Source: an uncultured Bifidobacteriaceae bacterium
GTDB taxonomy: Bacteria > Actinomycetota > Acidimicrobiia > IMCC26256 > PALSA-555
DNA length: 43,178 nt
Direction: 5' to 3'
Assembly: GCA_964502775.1 (NCBI GenBank)
Contig: CAZCYE010000003.1
Coordinates: 1 to 43,178, forward strand
The notes under the pieces are model-generated. The model was given only the letters and a program-made list of their open reading frames with translations, made no database searches and was not told where the DNA came from. Made by a program: the position numbers and the translations under genes. This document shows, piece after piece, positions 18,457 to 27,097 of the stretch. Positions within the stretch are counted from its first letter, which is position 1. The number at the start of each line of letters is the position of its first letter.

Positions 18457-19464
18457 ATGTCCGTGTCCATGCGCCAGCAGATGCGGGTGGGCTCGTATCT
18501 GGTGCGCCAACGGCTGAAGGGCACCAAGCGATTCCCGCTGATCGTGGAGCTCGAGCCGCTGTTCGCGTGCAACCTCGAGTGTGCGGGTTGCGGCAAGATC
18601 CAGTACCCGACGGACATTCTGCGCCAACGGGTGAGCGTGGAAGATGCGGTGGGCGCCATCGAGGAGTCCGGGGCACCGATGGTGTCGATCGCCGGTGGCG
18701 AGCCCCTGCTGCACCCCGACATCGAGCGCATGGTGGACGAGCTCATCAAGCGCAAGCGCTTCGTCTACCTGTGCACCAACGGCGTGCTGATGCGACGCAA
18801 GCTCGATCGTTTCACGCCCTCGCCGTACTTCGCCTGGGCTGTGCACGTGGACGGGATGCGGGAGCGCCACGACGAGTCGGTATGCCGCGATGGCGTCTTC
18901 GACGAGGCGGTGGAAGCGATCAAGGAGGCGATGGCGCGTGGTTTCCGCGTCACCACCAACACGACGTTCTTCTCCAACGATTCACCGCAGACCGTGAGGG
19001 ACGTGCTCGACTTCCTCAACGACGAGCTCCATGTCGACGCGATGATGATCTCCCCCGGCTACGCCTACGAGAAGGCGCCGGACCAGGAGCACTTCCTCCC
19101 CGTCGAGGAGACCCAGAAGATGTTCCGAGACGCGTTCGGCGAAGGCCGGCGCAAGCGGTGGCGTCTCAACCACACGCCGTTGTTCCTCGACTTCCTGGAA
19201 GGCAAGGTCGACTACGAGTGCACGGCATGGGGAATCCCCAGCTACTCCGTGTTCGGATGGCAGCGGCCGTGCTACCTGATGTCGGACGGCTACGCGTCGA
19301 CGTACCGGGAGCTCGTGGACACGACGGACTGGAGCCGATACGGGCGGGGTCGGGATCCGCGATGCGCCAACTGCATGGCGCACTGCGGCTACGAGCCCAC
19401 GGCCGTCCTCGCCACCACACGGTCGCTCAAGGAGTCGATCCGCGCCACGATCTCCACGCGCTGA
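18457..19464 (+). CDS. hpnH: radical SAM adenosyl-hopene transferase
   Basis: Has the CxxxCxxC motif LFACNLECAGCGKIQYP, is 335 aa long, and sits in hopanoid-cluster context. Confidence 0.88.
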   Translation: MSVSMRQQMRVGSYLVRQRLKGTKRFPLIVELEPLFACNLECAGCGKIQYPTDILRQRVSVEDAVGAIEESGAPMVSIAGGEPLLHPDIERMVDELIKRKRFVYLCTNGVLMRRKLDRFTPSPYFAWAVHVDGMRERHDESVCRDGVFDEAVEAIKEAMARGFRVTTNTTFFSNDSPQTVRDVLDFLNDELHVDAMMISPGYAYEKAPDQEHFLPVEETQKMFRDAFGEGRRKRWRLNHTPLFLDFLEGKVDYECTAWGIPSYSVFGWQRPCYLMSDGYASTYRELVDTTDWSRYGRGRDPRCANCMAHCGYEPTAVLATTRSLKESIRATISTR

Positions 19465-19486
19465 GCGGAACCCCCAGCCGTCCGTC

Positions 19487-20530
19487 GTGCTCGAGACGGC
19501 ATCGTCGGAGCGGGTCCGGCGGTTCTCGGTCGGCCGCGTGCTGCTGCTCACCATCACTGGCGTCTGTCTGTACCTGCTGGCGCCCAGCATCGTGGAGGTC
19601 TTCGCCGCCTGGGACCGCCTCGGTGAGTTCCACCCTGTGGTCGTCCTCGGGATCATCGCCTGTGAGGCGCTGAGCTTCCTGTGCGTGTGGATCCTCCAGC
19701 GCATCGCGCTGAGGACCAAGGATTGGTTCCGGGTGGTGACCACGCAGCTCGCGGGCAACGCGTTCAGCCGCGTGACGCCCGGTGGTGGGGCCACCGGCAC
19801 GGCGATCCAGGCGCGGATGCTGGCCGACGGAGGCTTCGGGCTCACGACCGCGGCGTACGGGCTCACGGTGCAATCGATGATGATCACGGGGGCGGTGGTG
19901 GCCCTCCCCGTGTTCTCCATCCCGGCGATCGCTGCCGGTCTGGACGTGCCGGGTGGCTTGCGCGAGGCGGCCTGGATCGGTCTTGCGGTGTTCGTGGTGA
20001 TGGCCGGGGTGGGGGCGCTCATGCTCGTGAGCCGCCGGCCCGTCGAGGCGCTCGCCCGCGTGATCACCTGGGTGGGCCGGCACCTCAGACCGAGTGCGCC
20101 ACCCATCGAGGGGCTGGGCGCCCGGCTGCTCGCCGAGCGGGACGAGATCCGCGCCACGATGGGATCGCGCTGGCCGACCGCCGTTGGCGCCGCGATCGGG
20201 CGGTGGGGGTTCGAGTACGTGGCGCTGCTGCTGGCGTTGTATGCGATCGACGCGAGGCCCGATCCCGCGCTCGTCCTGTTGGCGTTCGCGGCCGGGTCGG
20301 CGCTCAGCCTGATCCCGTTCACCCCCGGCGGCCTCGGGTTCGTGGAGGCCGGTCTCGCGGGGTCGCTCGGACTCGCGGGCATCGACATCGGCGACGCGGT
20401 GCTGGTCACGCTGGTGTTCCGCCTCGTCTCGTTCTGGCTTCCGATGCCGATCGGTCTCGGCGCGGCGCTCGTGTACCGGCGCCGTTACCCCCGTCGCCCC
20501 ACCGCGCCGAAGGGGCGGGTGCCGAGCTGA
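19487..20530 (+). CDS. UPF0104 / lysyl-PG-synthase-TM-like flippase-type membrane protein, candidate HpnL
   Basis: Polytopic protein with the motif GNAFSRVTPGGGATGTAIQARML, typical of the UPF0104 family. It lies directly after hpnH. The HpnL assignment is an inference from context. Confidence 0.65.
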   Translation: MLETASSERVRRFSVGRVLLLTITGVCLYLLAPSIVEVFAAWDRLGEFHPVVVLGIIACEALSFLCVWILQRIALRTKDWFRVVTTQLAGNAFSRVTPGGGATGTAIQARMLADGGFGLTTAAYGLTVQSMMITGAVVALPVFSIPAIAAGLDVPGGLREAAWIGLAVFVVMAGVGALMLVSRRPVEALARVITWVGRHLRPSAPPIEGLGARLLAERDEIRATMGSRWPTAVGAAIGRWGFEYVALLLALYAIDARPDPALVLLAFAAGSALSLIPFTPGGLGFVEAGLAGSLGLAGIDIGDAVLVTLVFRLVSFWLPMPIGLGAALVYRRRYPRRPTAPKGRVPS

Positions 20531-20540
20531 GGCGCACGAG

Positions 20541-20580
20541 CCGTCATCAGCCGTCGTCAGCGGTCGTCAGCCGTCATCGC
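20541..20580. repeat. imperfect 10-bp periodic repeat x4 (CCGTCATCAG / CCGTCGTCAG / CGGTCGTCAG / CCGTCATCGC)
   Basis: Read directly, in the 85-bp gap between two convergent genes. Confidence 0.7.
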
Positions 20581-20592
20581 TGAGGACGGCTG
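20568..20592. terminator. candidate bidirectional hairpin (CAGCCGTC - 9 nt loop - GACGGCTG)
   Basis: A perfect 8-bp stem lies between convergent genes. There is no U-tract, so intrinsic-terminator function is uncertain. Confidence 0.3.
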
Positions 20593-20615
20593 CGGTGGCG
20601 CCCCGCGGGGCGTGG

Positions 20616-21356
20616 TCAGGAGCGCAACGCGTCGAGCAGCGCCGCCGTGACTTCGGGGCGGCAGATCACGATGTCGGGGAGCCATGGATCGGTCTGGTTG
20701 TACTCGAGCGGGGAGCCGTCGAGACGCGAGACGTGCAGGCCTGCCGCGGCGGCCACCGCGCTGGGGGCGGCGGAGTCCCACTCGTACTGGCCGCCCGCGT
20801 GCACGTAGGCGTCGACGGCACCTTCGACCACGGCCATCGCCTTGGCTCCCGCCGAGCCCATGGGCACCAGGTCGGCCCCGAGCGCCTGGGCGGCTCGCTC
20901 GGCTGCGGGCGGCGGACGGGTCCGGCTCACGACCAGGCGCAAGGCCCCGTCGTCGCGAGGCGCGACCACCGGTGCGGGACGGGTGCAGAACACTCGGCCC
21001 TGGGCCGGGAGGGCGACGGCGCCGGCGCACATCCCCACGTCCCGGCGCCAGAGGGCGACGTGCACCGCCCAGTCGGTGCGGTCGAGGTCGGTGAACTCTC
21101 GGGTCCCGTCGAGTGGGTCGATGATCCACACCCGGTCGGCGTCCAGACGACGGCGGTCGTCGGTCCATTCCTCCGACAGCACGATGTCGCCGGGATGGTC
21201 ATGCGCCAGCAGCCCGAGCAGGCACTCGTTGGCGCCATGATCGCCGGCGTCCCCCAGGGGCGGCACCCCCTGGGCGCGAGATCGTGCCCGGAGCTCGAGG
21301 AGGACCTGGGCCGCGGCGGTGGCGTACCGGGCTGCGTCGGCATGATCGTCACTCAT
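20616..21356 (-). CDS. inositol monophosphatase family protein, CysQ-like 3'(2'),5'-bisphosphate nucleotidase
   Basis: Track ORF trimmed to ATG 21356 (MSDDHADAA). Motifs are VLSEEW, WIIDPLDGTREF and YEWDSAAPSAVAAAAG. Confidence 0.8.
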   Translation of the reverse strand: MSDDHADAARYATAAAQVLLELRARSRAQGVPPLGDAGDHGANECLLGLLAHDHPGDIVLSEEWTDDRRRLDADRVWIIDPLDGTREFTDLDRTDWAVHVALWRRDVGMCAGAVALPAQGRVFCTRPAPVVAPRDDGALRLVVSRTRPPPAAERAAQALGADLVPMGSAGAKAMAVVEGAVDAYVHAGGQYEWDSAAPSAVAAAAGLHVSRLDGSPLEYNQTDPWLPDIVICRPEVTAALLDALRS

Positions 21357-21472
21357 CGCACGGCATTCTGGTCGCGATGCACGCGGACGCCCCGTCACCG
21401 TGGAGCACGGGATCCCACTCGGCGCCCGCGATCCGCTACGGTCCGGGGGGCCGAGACGAGGTGGTGGCTCCG

Positions 21473-22066
21473 ATGACCTTTGCTGGCGACGACCGCACGA
21501 TTCCAAGCCGGGGCGGGATGGGTGACGAGACGCTGCCCGTTCGTCCGGGTGGAGGCACGCCCGGTGGCGGTGGGCCCGGCGGCGGCCGAGGTGGTGGCGA
21601 CGAGGAGCGGCGCAAGCTGCCGTGGATCATCGCCGGCGTCTTGGCGCTCGGGTTGCTGATCGGCGCGATCGTCGCCGTGGTCGCGAGCGGTGACGACAAG
21701 GGCAAGGACCGCCCGCGCCGCACGACCACCACGAGCTCGTCCACGTCGACGAGCACGTCGGCGCCAACCACGACGACGAGCCCAGCGAATCCCCAGATCA
21801 CCCAGTTCGGCTACAACCCTGCGTCCCCGGACTGCCCATCCAACATTCAGGTGTCGTGGTCGACGCAGAACGCCACCAAGGTGTCGATCAGCATCGATGG
21901 ACCCGGGCCCTACGAGACCGATCTTCCGCCCAACGGCTCGCTGCAGGTCCCGTTCGCCGAGAACAACATGGATCCGCCGGAGTGCTCGCACACCTACCTG
22001 CTCACCGCCTTCGGGGCGAACAACCAGCAGGACACCCAGCAGATCGAGGTGAGTGAGTCGACCTGA
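21473..22066 (+). CDS. hypothetical membrane-anchored protein with a Gly/Pro-rich N-terminus, one TM, a Ser/Thr-rich linker and a small Cys-containing beta-domain
   Basis: The TM segment is LPWIIAGVLALGLLIGAIVAVVA, the linker is TTTTSSSTSTSTSAPTTTTS, and the C-terminal part is IQVSWSTQNATKVSISIDG. The start is uncertain (ATG 21473 or the later ATG of MGDETL). Confidence 0.55.
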   Translation: MTFAGDDRTIPSRGGMGDETLPVRPGGGTPGGGGPGGGRGGGDEERRKLPWIIAGVLALGLLIGAIVAVVASGDDKGKDRPRRTTTTSSSTSTSTSAPTTTTSPANPQITQFGYNPASPDCPSNIQVSWSTQNATKVSISIDGPGPYETDLPPNGSLQVPFAENNMDPPECSHTYLLTAFGANNQQDTQQIEVSEST

Positions 22067-22169
22067 GCGGCCCCGGACCGTCAGCGAGAGTTGGGTCGCC
22101 CCCTCGCACGCCCCAGGCCGAGTCGACGCCATCGGTCGGCGGGAAGTCGTGCCGTAGTCGTGGCCGGTC

Positions 22170-23177
22170 CTACCGGCTCGACTTCAGGGGCATCACGTAG
22201 CGGTCGGTGTGGTCGAAGTTTCGTGACCAGAGCTCCTGCACCCGGTCGCGCTCCTCATCGGTGATGGGGAGGTCCGACGCACCGGCGTACTCGCGTACCT
22301 CATCGATCGTCACGCATGTGGGCAGCACGGTCGCGAACGCCGGGTTGGCGAGGATGCCGGCGATCGCCGCCTGCCCGATCGTGGGCGGCGCGTCCTTCCA
22401 CAGGAACTCGATGGTTGCGGCCTTCTCGAAGTTGTCGAGCATGTTCTCGCGGTTCCGGTGCGAACGGTGGTCGTCGGCAGGGAACTCGGTATCGGGAGTG
22501 ACCTTCCCCGACAGCACATCGGAGGCGTGCGGCACCCGCGCGATGAGGCTCACCTTGCCGTCGGCGACGTTGGGCTCGCGGGCGAACGTGAGGCCCGGCT
22601 CCTGCTCGAGGAGGTTGAAGACGGTCTGGAGGGTCACGATCGGCCTATCTCGGATGGCACTCAACCCCTCGTCCACCCAACCGATCGCCGGTCCGAGGGC
22701 CACACCGACCTCGAGGATCAGGCCACGCTCCTTGCATCGTGCGAGCTCCGCCCAGAGGTCGTCGTCAAGGATCGCCTCGAGGCGCGCGTTGTGGAGCTGG
22801 TACAGGTCGATGCGGTCGGTTCCGAGGCGGCGCAAGGATGCCTCGAGCTGGGCCCCGATCGCCTCGGGCCTCCAGTCCTGCGGACGCTCCGACTGGCCCG
22901 GATGCTCACGGGGAGCATCGATGTCGTAGCCGCACTTCGTCGTGAGCACGATGTCGTCGCGGTGGGTCTTCAGGACGTCGGCCAGGAGCGACTCTCCATG
23001 CCCGTCGGCGCCGTAGACGGGCGCGGTGTCGATGAAGTTGACCCCGGCGTCGAGCGCCGCGCGCAGCATTCCCTGGGGGTCGTCGACCTGGCCCCACCAG
23101 TTGCTGGCCAGCGTCCACGTGCCGAACCCGACCTCCGACACCACGAGGTCCGATGTGCCGAGCGAGCGAAAGCGCAC
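22170..23177 (-). CDS. aldo/keto reductase
   Basis: The N-terminus is LGTSDLVVSEVGFGTWTL, with FIDTAPVYG and the AKR fold pattern across 335 aa. Confidence 0.88.
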   Translation of the reverse strand: MRFRSLGTSDLVVSEVGFGTWTLASNWWGQVDDPQGMLRAALDAGVNFIDTAPVYGADGHGESLLADVLKTHRDDIVLTTKCGYDIDAPREHPGQSERPQDWRPEAIGAQLEASLRRLGTDRIDLYQLHNARLEAILDDDLWAELARCKERGLILEVGVALGPAIGWVDEGLSAIRDRPIVTLQTVFNLLEQEPGLTFAREPNVADGKVSLIARVPHASDVLSGKVTPDTEFPADDHRSHRNRENMLDNFEKAATIEFLWKDAPPTIGQAAIAGILANPAFATVLPTCVTIDEVREYAGASDLPITDEERDRVQELWSRNFDHTDRYVMPLKSSR

Positions 23178-23249
23178 GTCCCTGCTCTCCTTGCGCCGTG
23201 GAGTGTGCGCTCCAACGCTAGAGCCTTCCCGCGATCGAGAGCGAGTCGA

Positions 23250-23492
23250 CTACGTGGATCCTCGGGCGCGGTCTTCGCGCTCGGCGGCGCGCAATCCGTA
23301 GCCCAACACGATCGGGACCGGGAGCACCACGATGGCGGTGACGAGGGCGACGATGGTCAGCGCGACTGACCAGCTCGAGAAGTCGGTGGCGACGCCGGCT
23401 GCGAATCCGAGGATCGAGAGCAACAACATCGCGTATCCCAGCCGCTTGGCGGTCGCGACGAGCTGCCGGATTCGCTGCCGACGTTGCACCAT
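23250..23492 (-). CDS. small 2-TM membrane protein, hypothetical
   Basis: Two hydrophobic helices (AMLLLSILGFAAGVA and VALTIVALVTAIVVLPVPIVLGY), at the end of the GT4 operon. ATG 23492 is preferred over TTG 23525, which would overlap the upstream gene. Confidence 0.45.
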   Translation of the reverse strand: MVQRRQRIRQLVATAKRLGYAMLLLSILGFAAGVATDFSSWSVALTIVALVTAIVVLPVPIVLGYGLRAAEREDRARGST

Positions 23493-23509
23493 GGGGTCAG
23501 GTGCCCGGC

Positions 23510-24592
23510 TCACCACGTCGTCCAACCTATCGCCGAGAACACTGAGTCGATTCGTCTCGGCAGGTCGTCGAGTGACAGCTCGGCACGGATGACGGCCAGG
23601 CTCTGCTCGCGCGCTCGGAGATCAGGTTGCTCGAGCTCCGCCACCACACGCGGGGGGTCATCGAGCGGGAGGACGCAGAGACCGAGGGCGATGAGCTCGT
23701 CCAGGGCTGGATACTCTCCCGTGACCACTGGACGCTCGGCGAGGATGCCCTCGATCACGGCGTTGCCGAATCCTTCCCAACTCGACGGCATCACCACGAG
23801 ATCCGACGCCGCGTAGGCGTCCTCGCTCCGATCGAACCGTCCCTGGATCACGGGGATCCGCGCGTTCGACACCAGACGGCGAAGCTCGCTCTCGTACCCA
23901 TCTTCCGCCGGCCCAGTGATCCAGTAGTGCACGTTCCGTTCCGGGACCAGCGCGGCGATCTGCTCGGCGAACGCGATACCGCCGCCCACGTTCTTGCGCG
24001 GGATCGCCCTGGTCGGCTGAACCAGGAGCAGGTCAGCGGGCTCCAGCCCGAGAGCCCGCCTCGTCTCGTCTCGGGCGCCGGCGGGTGCGCCGATCTCGAA
24101 GGCGTTCCGGATCGTGAATGCGGAGTACCCGCGATCCTCGAGCGCGCGCCGAGCATTGTCGTTGATCGTCACGTGGAGCGAGTCGGCTCGGTGCGGTGGG
24201 TACCCGTCCAGATGTGCGAGTTGAGGTCGTTCCCACGGAAGATCGTGGTGGTGGAACAGCACCCTGCCTTGGTGCGTTCCGAGCACCGTTGACGTCGTTC
24301 GTGCCGCCGCGAGGTTGAGCGGCAAGGAGCACAGGTTCTCGACCACTACGAGCTCTGTGCCTGAGAGGGCGGCTGCCAGCGCGTCCGGTTCCGGCACCAC
24401 GCCGCCCACGGGTTCCACTGCGAGGAAGGGCAGCCAGACGTCGTCAGGACGAAGACCCTCGAACTCTCCCGCGACTCGCCGCACCGAGAATCCGAGCTCT
24501 CGTAGCGCCCACTCCCACTTGGTCGCTTCGACTGATACCCCGTCGGTGCCGCCGAGCCGGTACGACACGAAGGTCGCGATGGGTGAACTCAT
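23510..24592 (-). CDS. GT4-family (GT-B fold) glycosyltransferase
   Basis: The 360-aa product has the C-terminal E-x7-E region PSSWEGFGNAVIEGILAERP. The acceptor is unknown. Confidence 0.82.
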   Translation of the reverse strand: MSSPIATFVSYRLGGTDGVSVEATKWEWALRELGFSVRRVAGEFEGLRPDDVWLPFLAVEPVGGVVPEPDALAAALSGTELVVVENLCSLPLNLAAARTTSTVLGTHQGRVLFHHHDLPWERPQLAHLDGYPPHRADSLHVTINDNARRALEDRGYSAFTIRNAFEIGAPAGARDETRRALGLEPADLLLVQPTRAIPRKNVGGGIAFAEQIAALVPERNVHYWITGPAEDGYESELRRLVSNARIPVIQGRFDRSEDAYAASDLVVMPSSWEGFGNAVIEGILAERPVVTGEYPALDELIALGLCVLPLDDPPRVVAELEQPDLRAREQSLAVIRAELSLDDLPRRIDSVFSAIGWTTW

Positions 24593-24611
24593 CGCCCGTG
24601 TGCTGGGCGAG

Positions 24612-25292
24612 TCAGCGCGGCTTGCGTTCCGTGAGGAAGGCGAGACGGCGGTTGGTCGCGTCCAGCACGGCGCGAGCAGCTGCGGTCTCGGGTGACTGGA
24701 GCACGAGTGCGGAGCCGACGAGGCGCTGCTCCATCGGCGGATCGATCCACACGAGGGAGACGATCACGACATCTTGGCTGCCGATTCGGACAAGTTCGAC
24801 GGCCTCGAGGTCAAATCCAACTGCAGCCGATTCGAGTTGGCACAACGCGTCGAGCGCAGCCGAGGCGACGAGCCGGGGCCGAGCGCCAGAGGCAGCCGAG
24901 CCTTCGGCAAAGCCGGTGACCTCGTGCTCGCCGAGCGCGAGTGATACACGCATCGCGACCCGGGTTCCCTGAGCATGGGATTGCACCGAAGAGATGGCGG
25001 GCCGGGCCACGGCACTCGGCGCCTCACTCGCGGGGTCCGACCCGTTGTTCGCGAGTTGGACGACAGAGACGATGCGACGATCGAACTCGAGGCCGAACGA
25101 CGCCAGCGCGACCGATTGGATGTCACGCACGACCTGCTTGGGGTGTTTTCCCATGCGCGCCAGCACGTGCACTTCCACGGGGCGGGACAGCGAGTCGGCG
25201 ACGATGCGGCAGGCGACGATCTCGGGGAGGCGGCAGATCTCAGCTTCAACGGACGGCAGATCGAACGCCGCTTCGATTTCCGGGTCGGGCAT
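24612..25292 (-). CDS. hypothetical protein, apparently two tandem alpha/beta domains
   Basis: A strong SD (AGGAGGA, 8-nt spacer) precedes ATG 25292, third-position G+C is high, and it is the first gene of the GT4 operon. No family recognised. Confidence 0.6.
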   Translation of the reverse strand: MPDPEIEAAFDLPSVEAEICRLPEIVACRIVADSLSRPVEVHVLARMGKHPKQVVRDIQSVALASFGLEFDRRIVSVVQLANNGSDPASEAPSAVARPAISSVQSHAQGTRVAMRVSLALGEHEVTGFAEGSAASGARPRLVASAALDALCQLESAAVGFDLEAVELVRIGSQDVVIVSLVWIDPPMEQRLVGSALVLQSPETAAARAVLDATNRRLAFLTERKPR

Positions 25293-25622
25293 CCCGAAGA
25301 TCCTCCTGCGCTAATGGGCGCCATCGGGGCAATTGGAGGATACGGAACCCTGCCGCCCGTGACGAGGATACCTTCGCGCGGACAGTGGTGCCGTGGCTAC
25401 ATTCGGGCTTGCGAACTCGCCCGGTATCCACGAGACTTGCGTGGCTGAAGTGACGGTAGCGAAGCCAACGTGACCAATGTTGCCAGGGAGGTGAGCGAAG
25501 GAAGAGGACGGATCGGGCAGGGCCTCGGATGAATTGGGGCTGAAGAGCCTTGAAGCGGAGCGTCACCTCTCCGGCCTCTAGCGGAGCCGGCGGGAGTTCC
25601 TCACGATTGGGGGGGATTCACT

Positions 25623-25712
25623 GTGAAGAAGGTGATTGCCCGTCTCGCGCTTATCGGGTCAAGCATCGCTGCGATCGTTCTCGCCGGTGGTGCTGGCAAG
25701 GGACTGCGCTAG
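25623..25712 (+). CDS. candidate 29-aa membrane micro-protein (MKKVIARLALIGSSIAAIVLAGGAGKGLR)
   Basis: Below the track cut-off. GTG 25623 is preceded by GGGGGGA with a 6-nt spacer. It has the same length and architecture as ORF 4405..4494 and lies 66 nt upstream of the HD-GYP-like gene. Confidence 0.35.
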   Translation: MKKVIARLALIGSSIAAIVLAGGAGKGLR

Positions 25713-25777
25713 TAGTTCACATCCTGACGAAATGCTCTGAGGTCCTGCCCGCTCCGTCCTCTACTTCCCGAGATGTG

Positions 25778-27097
25778 ATGTTGGGCCTGTCTCGCTTCCG
25801 GGCGTATTGCTTCACCATCGGTACTGCCGCGTGTGCTCTGGGCACGTGCCTCGGAGTGTTCGGGCCCATGCCTGTGCTCGAGCCGATTCTTGTACTAGGC
25901 GTGCTCTTCGCAGTCGCCGAGAACAGCAGCGTCGAGCTACCGAATCGTTCAAGTCTCAGCGCAAGTCTCATGCTGGGCATGGCAGCGGTAGTTGTTTTCA
26001 GCGATGAAGCAGCAGTTCTCGGTCCGCTGTTCGTCGGAATGTTTGGGTGTGCCTATCTACCTCAGATCCGGAATCGGCAGTGGGCCAAGGTCTTCTTCAA
26101 CCTTGGAAACTTCGGCCTCTCAACCGCTGCGGCGGCACTTGTCTTTGCCGGAGTGCCTGTTCAGGTCGACGATTCGATCGGACTGCAGTTGCTCGCATCG
26201 ATTGCGGCAGCGTTAACCTTTGCAACGGTCAACTCTCTCCTTCTCGTTCCTGCCGTTTCGATCCTGACAGGCAAGGGGAAGCGCGCCGTCCTTCAAGAGA
26301 TGTGGGTGAGCGACGCGCAGATTCTGCCCTTCGCGTTCTTGGGAGCCGTACTCGGTCGTCTCTACGTCGACATTGGTGCGCTCATCGTTCCGCTCATCGT
26401 CGTTCCGATCTTCATCGCGCGTCAGGCGTTCGCCTCGTACCTCGAATTGCGTGCCGCGCACGAAGCCACGCTCTCGACGCTCGTGCTCGCACTCGAGTCG
26501 AAGGACCGTTACACGGCCGGGCACGTCGAGCGCGTCGCCAACTTCTCCCACCAAATCGGCCTCGAGTTGGGACTGCGGCCCGGTCGACTCGAGCGGCTCC
26601 GCCAGGCGGCCCTGATGCACGACATCGGCAAGCTCATCGTGCCCAACCAACTGCTCAACAAGCCCGGTCGGCTCACACCGTCGGAGTACGAGCGCATCCG
26701 AGCGCACGAGCACGTCTCGGTGGAGCTGATGCGCCGCATCGACTTCCTCGCTCCGCTTGCGCCGAGCATCGCGGCCGAGCAGGACCATGAGCCGGAGACC
26801 CCGCTCGAGAGTCGGATCATCCACGTCGCCGATGCGTTCGACGCCATGACGTCCACTCGGTCGTACCGTCGGGCGCTCACGCAGGAGGTCGCGATAGCGG
26901 AGCTCCGCGCGAAGTCCGGTACCCAGTTCGACCTCGAGTGTGCCGAGGCGCTGATCCGGGTGATCGAGCGCTCGGGTGTCCGCTATGGCGATGGCCATGA
27001 GGAGTCCCGGGCCGACTTCTCGGTGCCGCCGCCGGTCGTGGGTACCGGCTCGGCCGGATTGGGCGACCTGGAGGGGCAAGACGAGGTCCGGTCGTGA
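25778..27097 (+). CDS. polytopic membrane protein with a C-terminal HD-GYP-family domain lacking the GYP loop
   Basis: Track ORF 25550..27097 is trimmed to ATG 25778, which lies downstream of the small ORF. The HD domain shows TAGHVERVA, LMHDIGKL, RAHEHV and IIHVADAFDAMTSTRSYR. The HHExxDGxGYP segment is replaced by the shorter QDHEPETPLESR. Confidence 0.8.
   Translation: MLGLSRFRAYCFTIGTAACALGTCLGVFGPMPVLEPILVLGVLFAVAENSSVELPNRSSLSASLMLGMAAVVVFSDEAAVLGPLFVGMFGCAYLPQIRNRQWAKVFFNLGNFGLSTAAAALVFAGVPVQVDDSIGLQLLASIAAALTFATVNSLLLVPAVSILTGKGKRAVLQEMWVSDAQILPFAFLGAVLGRLYVDIGALIVPLIVVPIFIARQAFASYLELRAAHEATLSTLVLALESKDRYTAGHVERVANFSHQIGLELGLRPGRLERLRQAALMHDIGKLIVPNQLLNKPGRLTPSEYERIRAHEHVSVELMRRIDFLAPLAPSIAAEQDHEPETPLESRIIHVADAFDAMTSTRSYRRALTQEVAIAELRAKSGTQFDLECAEALIRVIERSGVRYGDGHEESRADFSVPPPVVGTGSAGLGDLEGQDEVRS

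Noticed and set aside
25323-25331. 9-mer AATGGGCGC shared by the two leader regions (also 4372..4380), as a possible common operator
   Set aside because: A single 9-mer match between two ~300-bp regions is roughly what chance would give. I could find no extended similarity or dyad symmetry around it.
25293-25622. Possible c-di-GMP or other riboswitch in the 330-bp divergent intergenic region upstream of the signalling operon
   Set aside because: I could not recognise GEMM-I/II or other riboswitch cores by eye; only short 5-bp hairpins are present. A cmscan against Rfam would be decisive.
25550-25777. Upstream extension of the HD-GYP-like ORF starting at 25550
   Set aside because: It has no hydrophobic or conserved sequence, and it overlaps the SD-preceded 29-codon ORF in another frame. 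ATG 25778 begins directly at the first TM helix. Some uncertainty remains.
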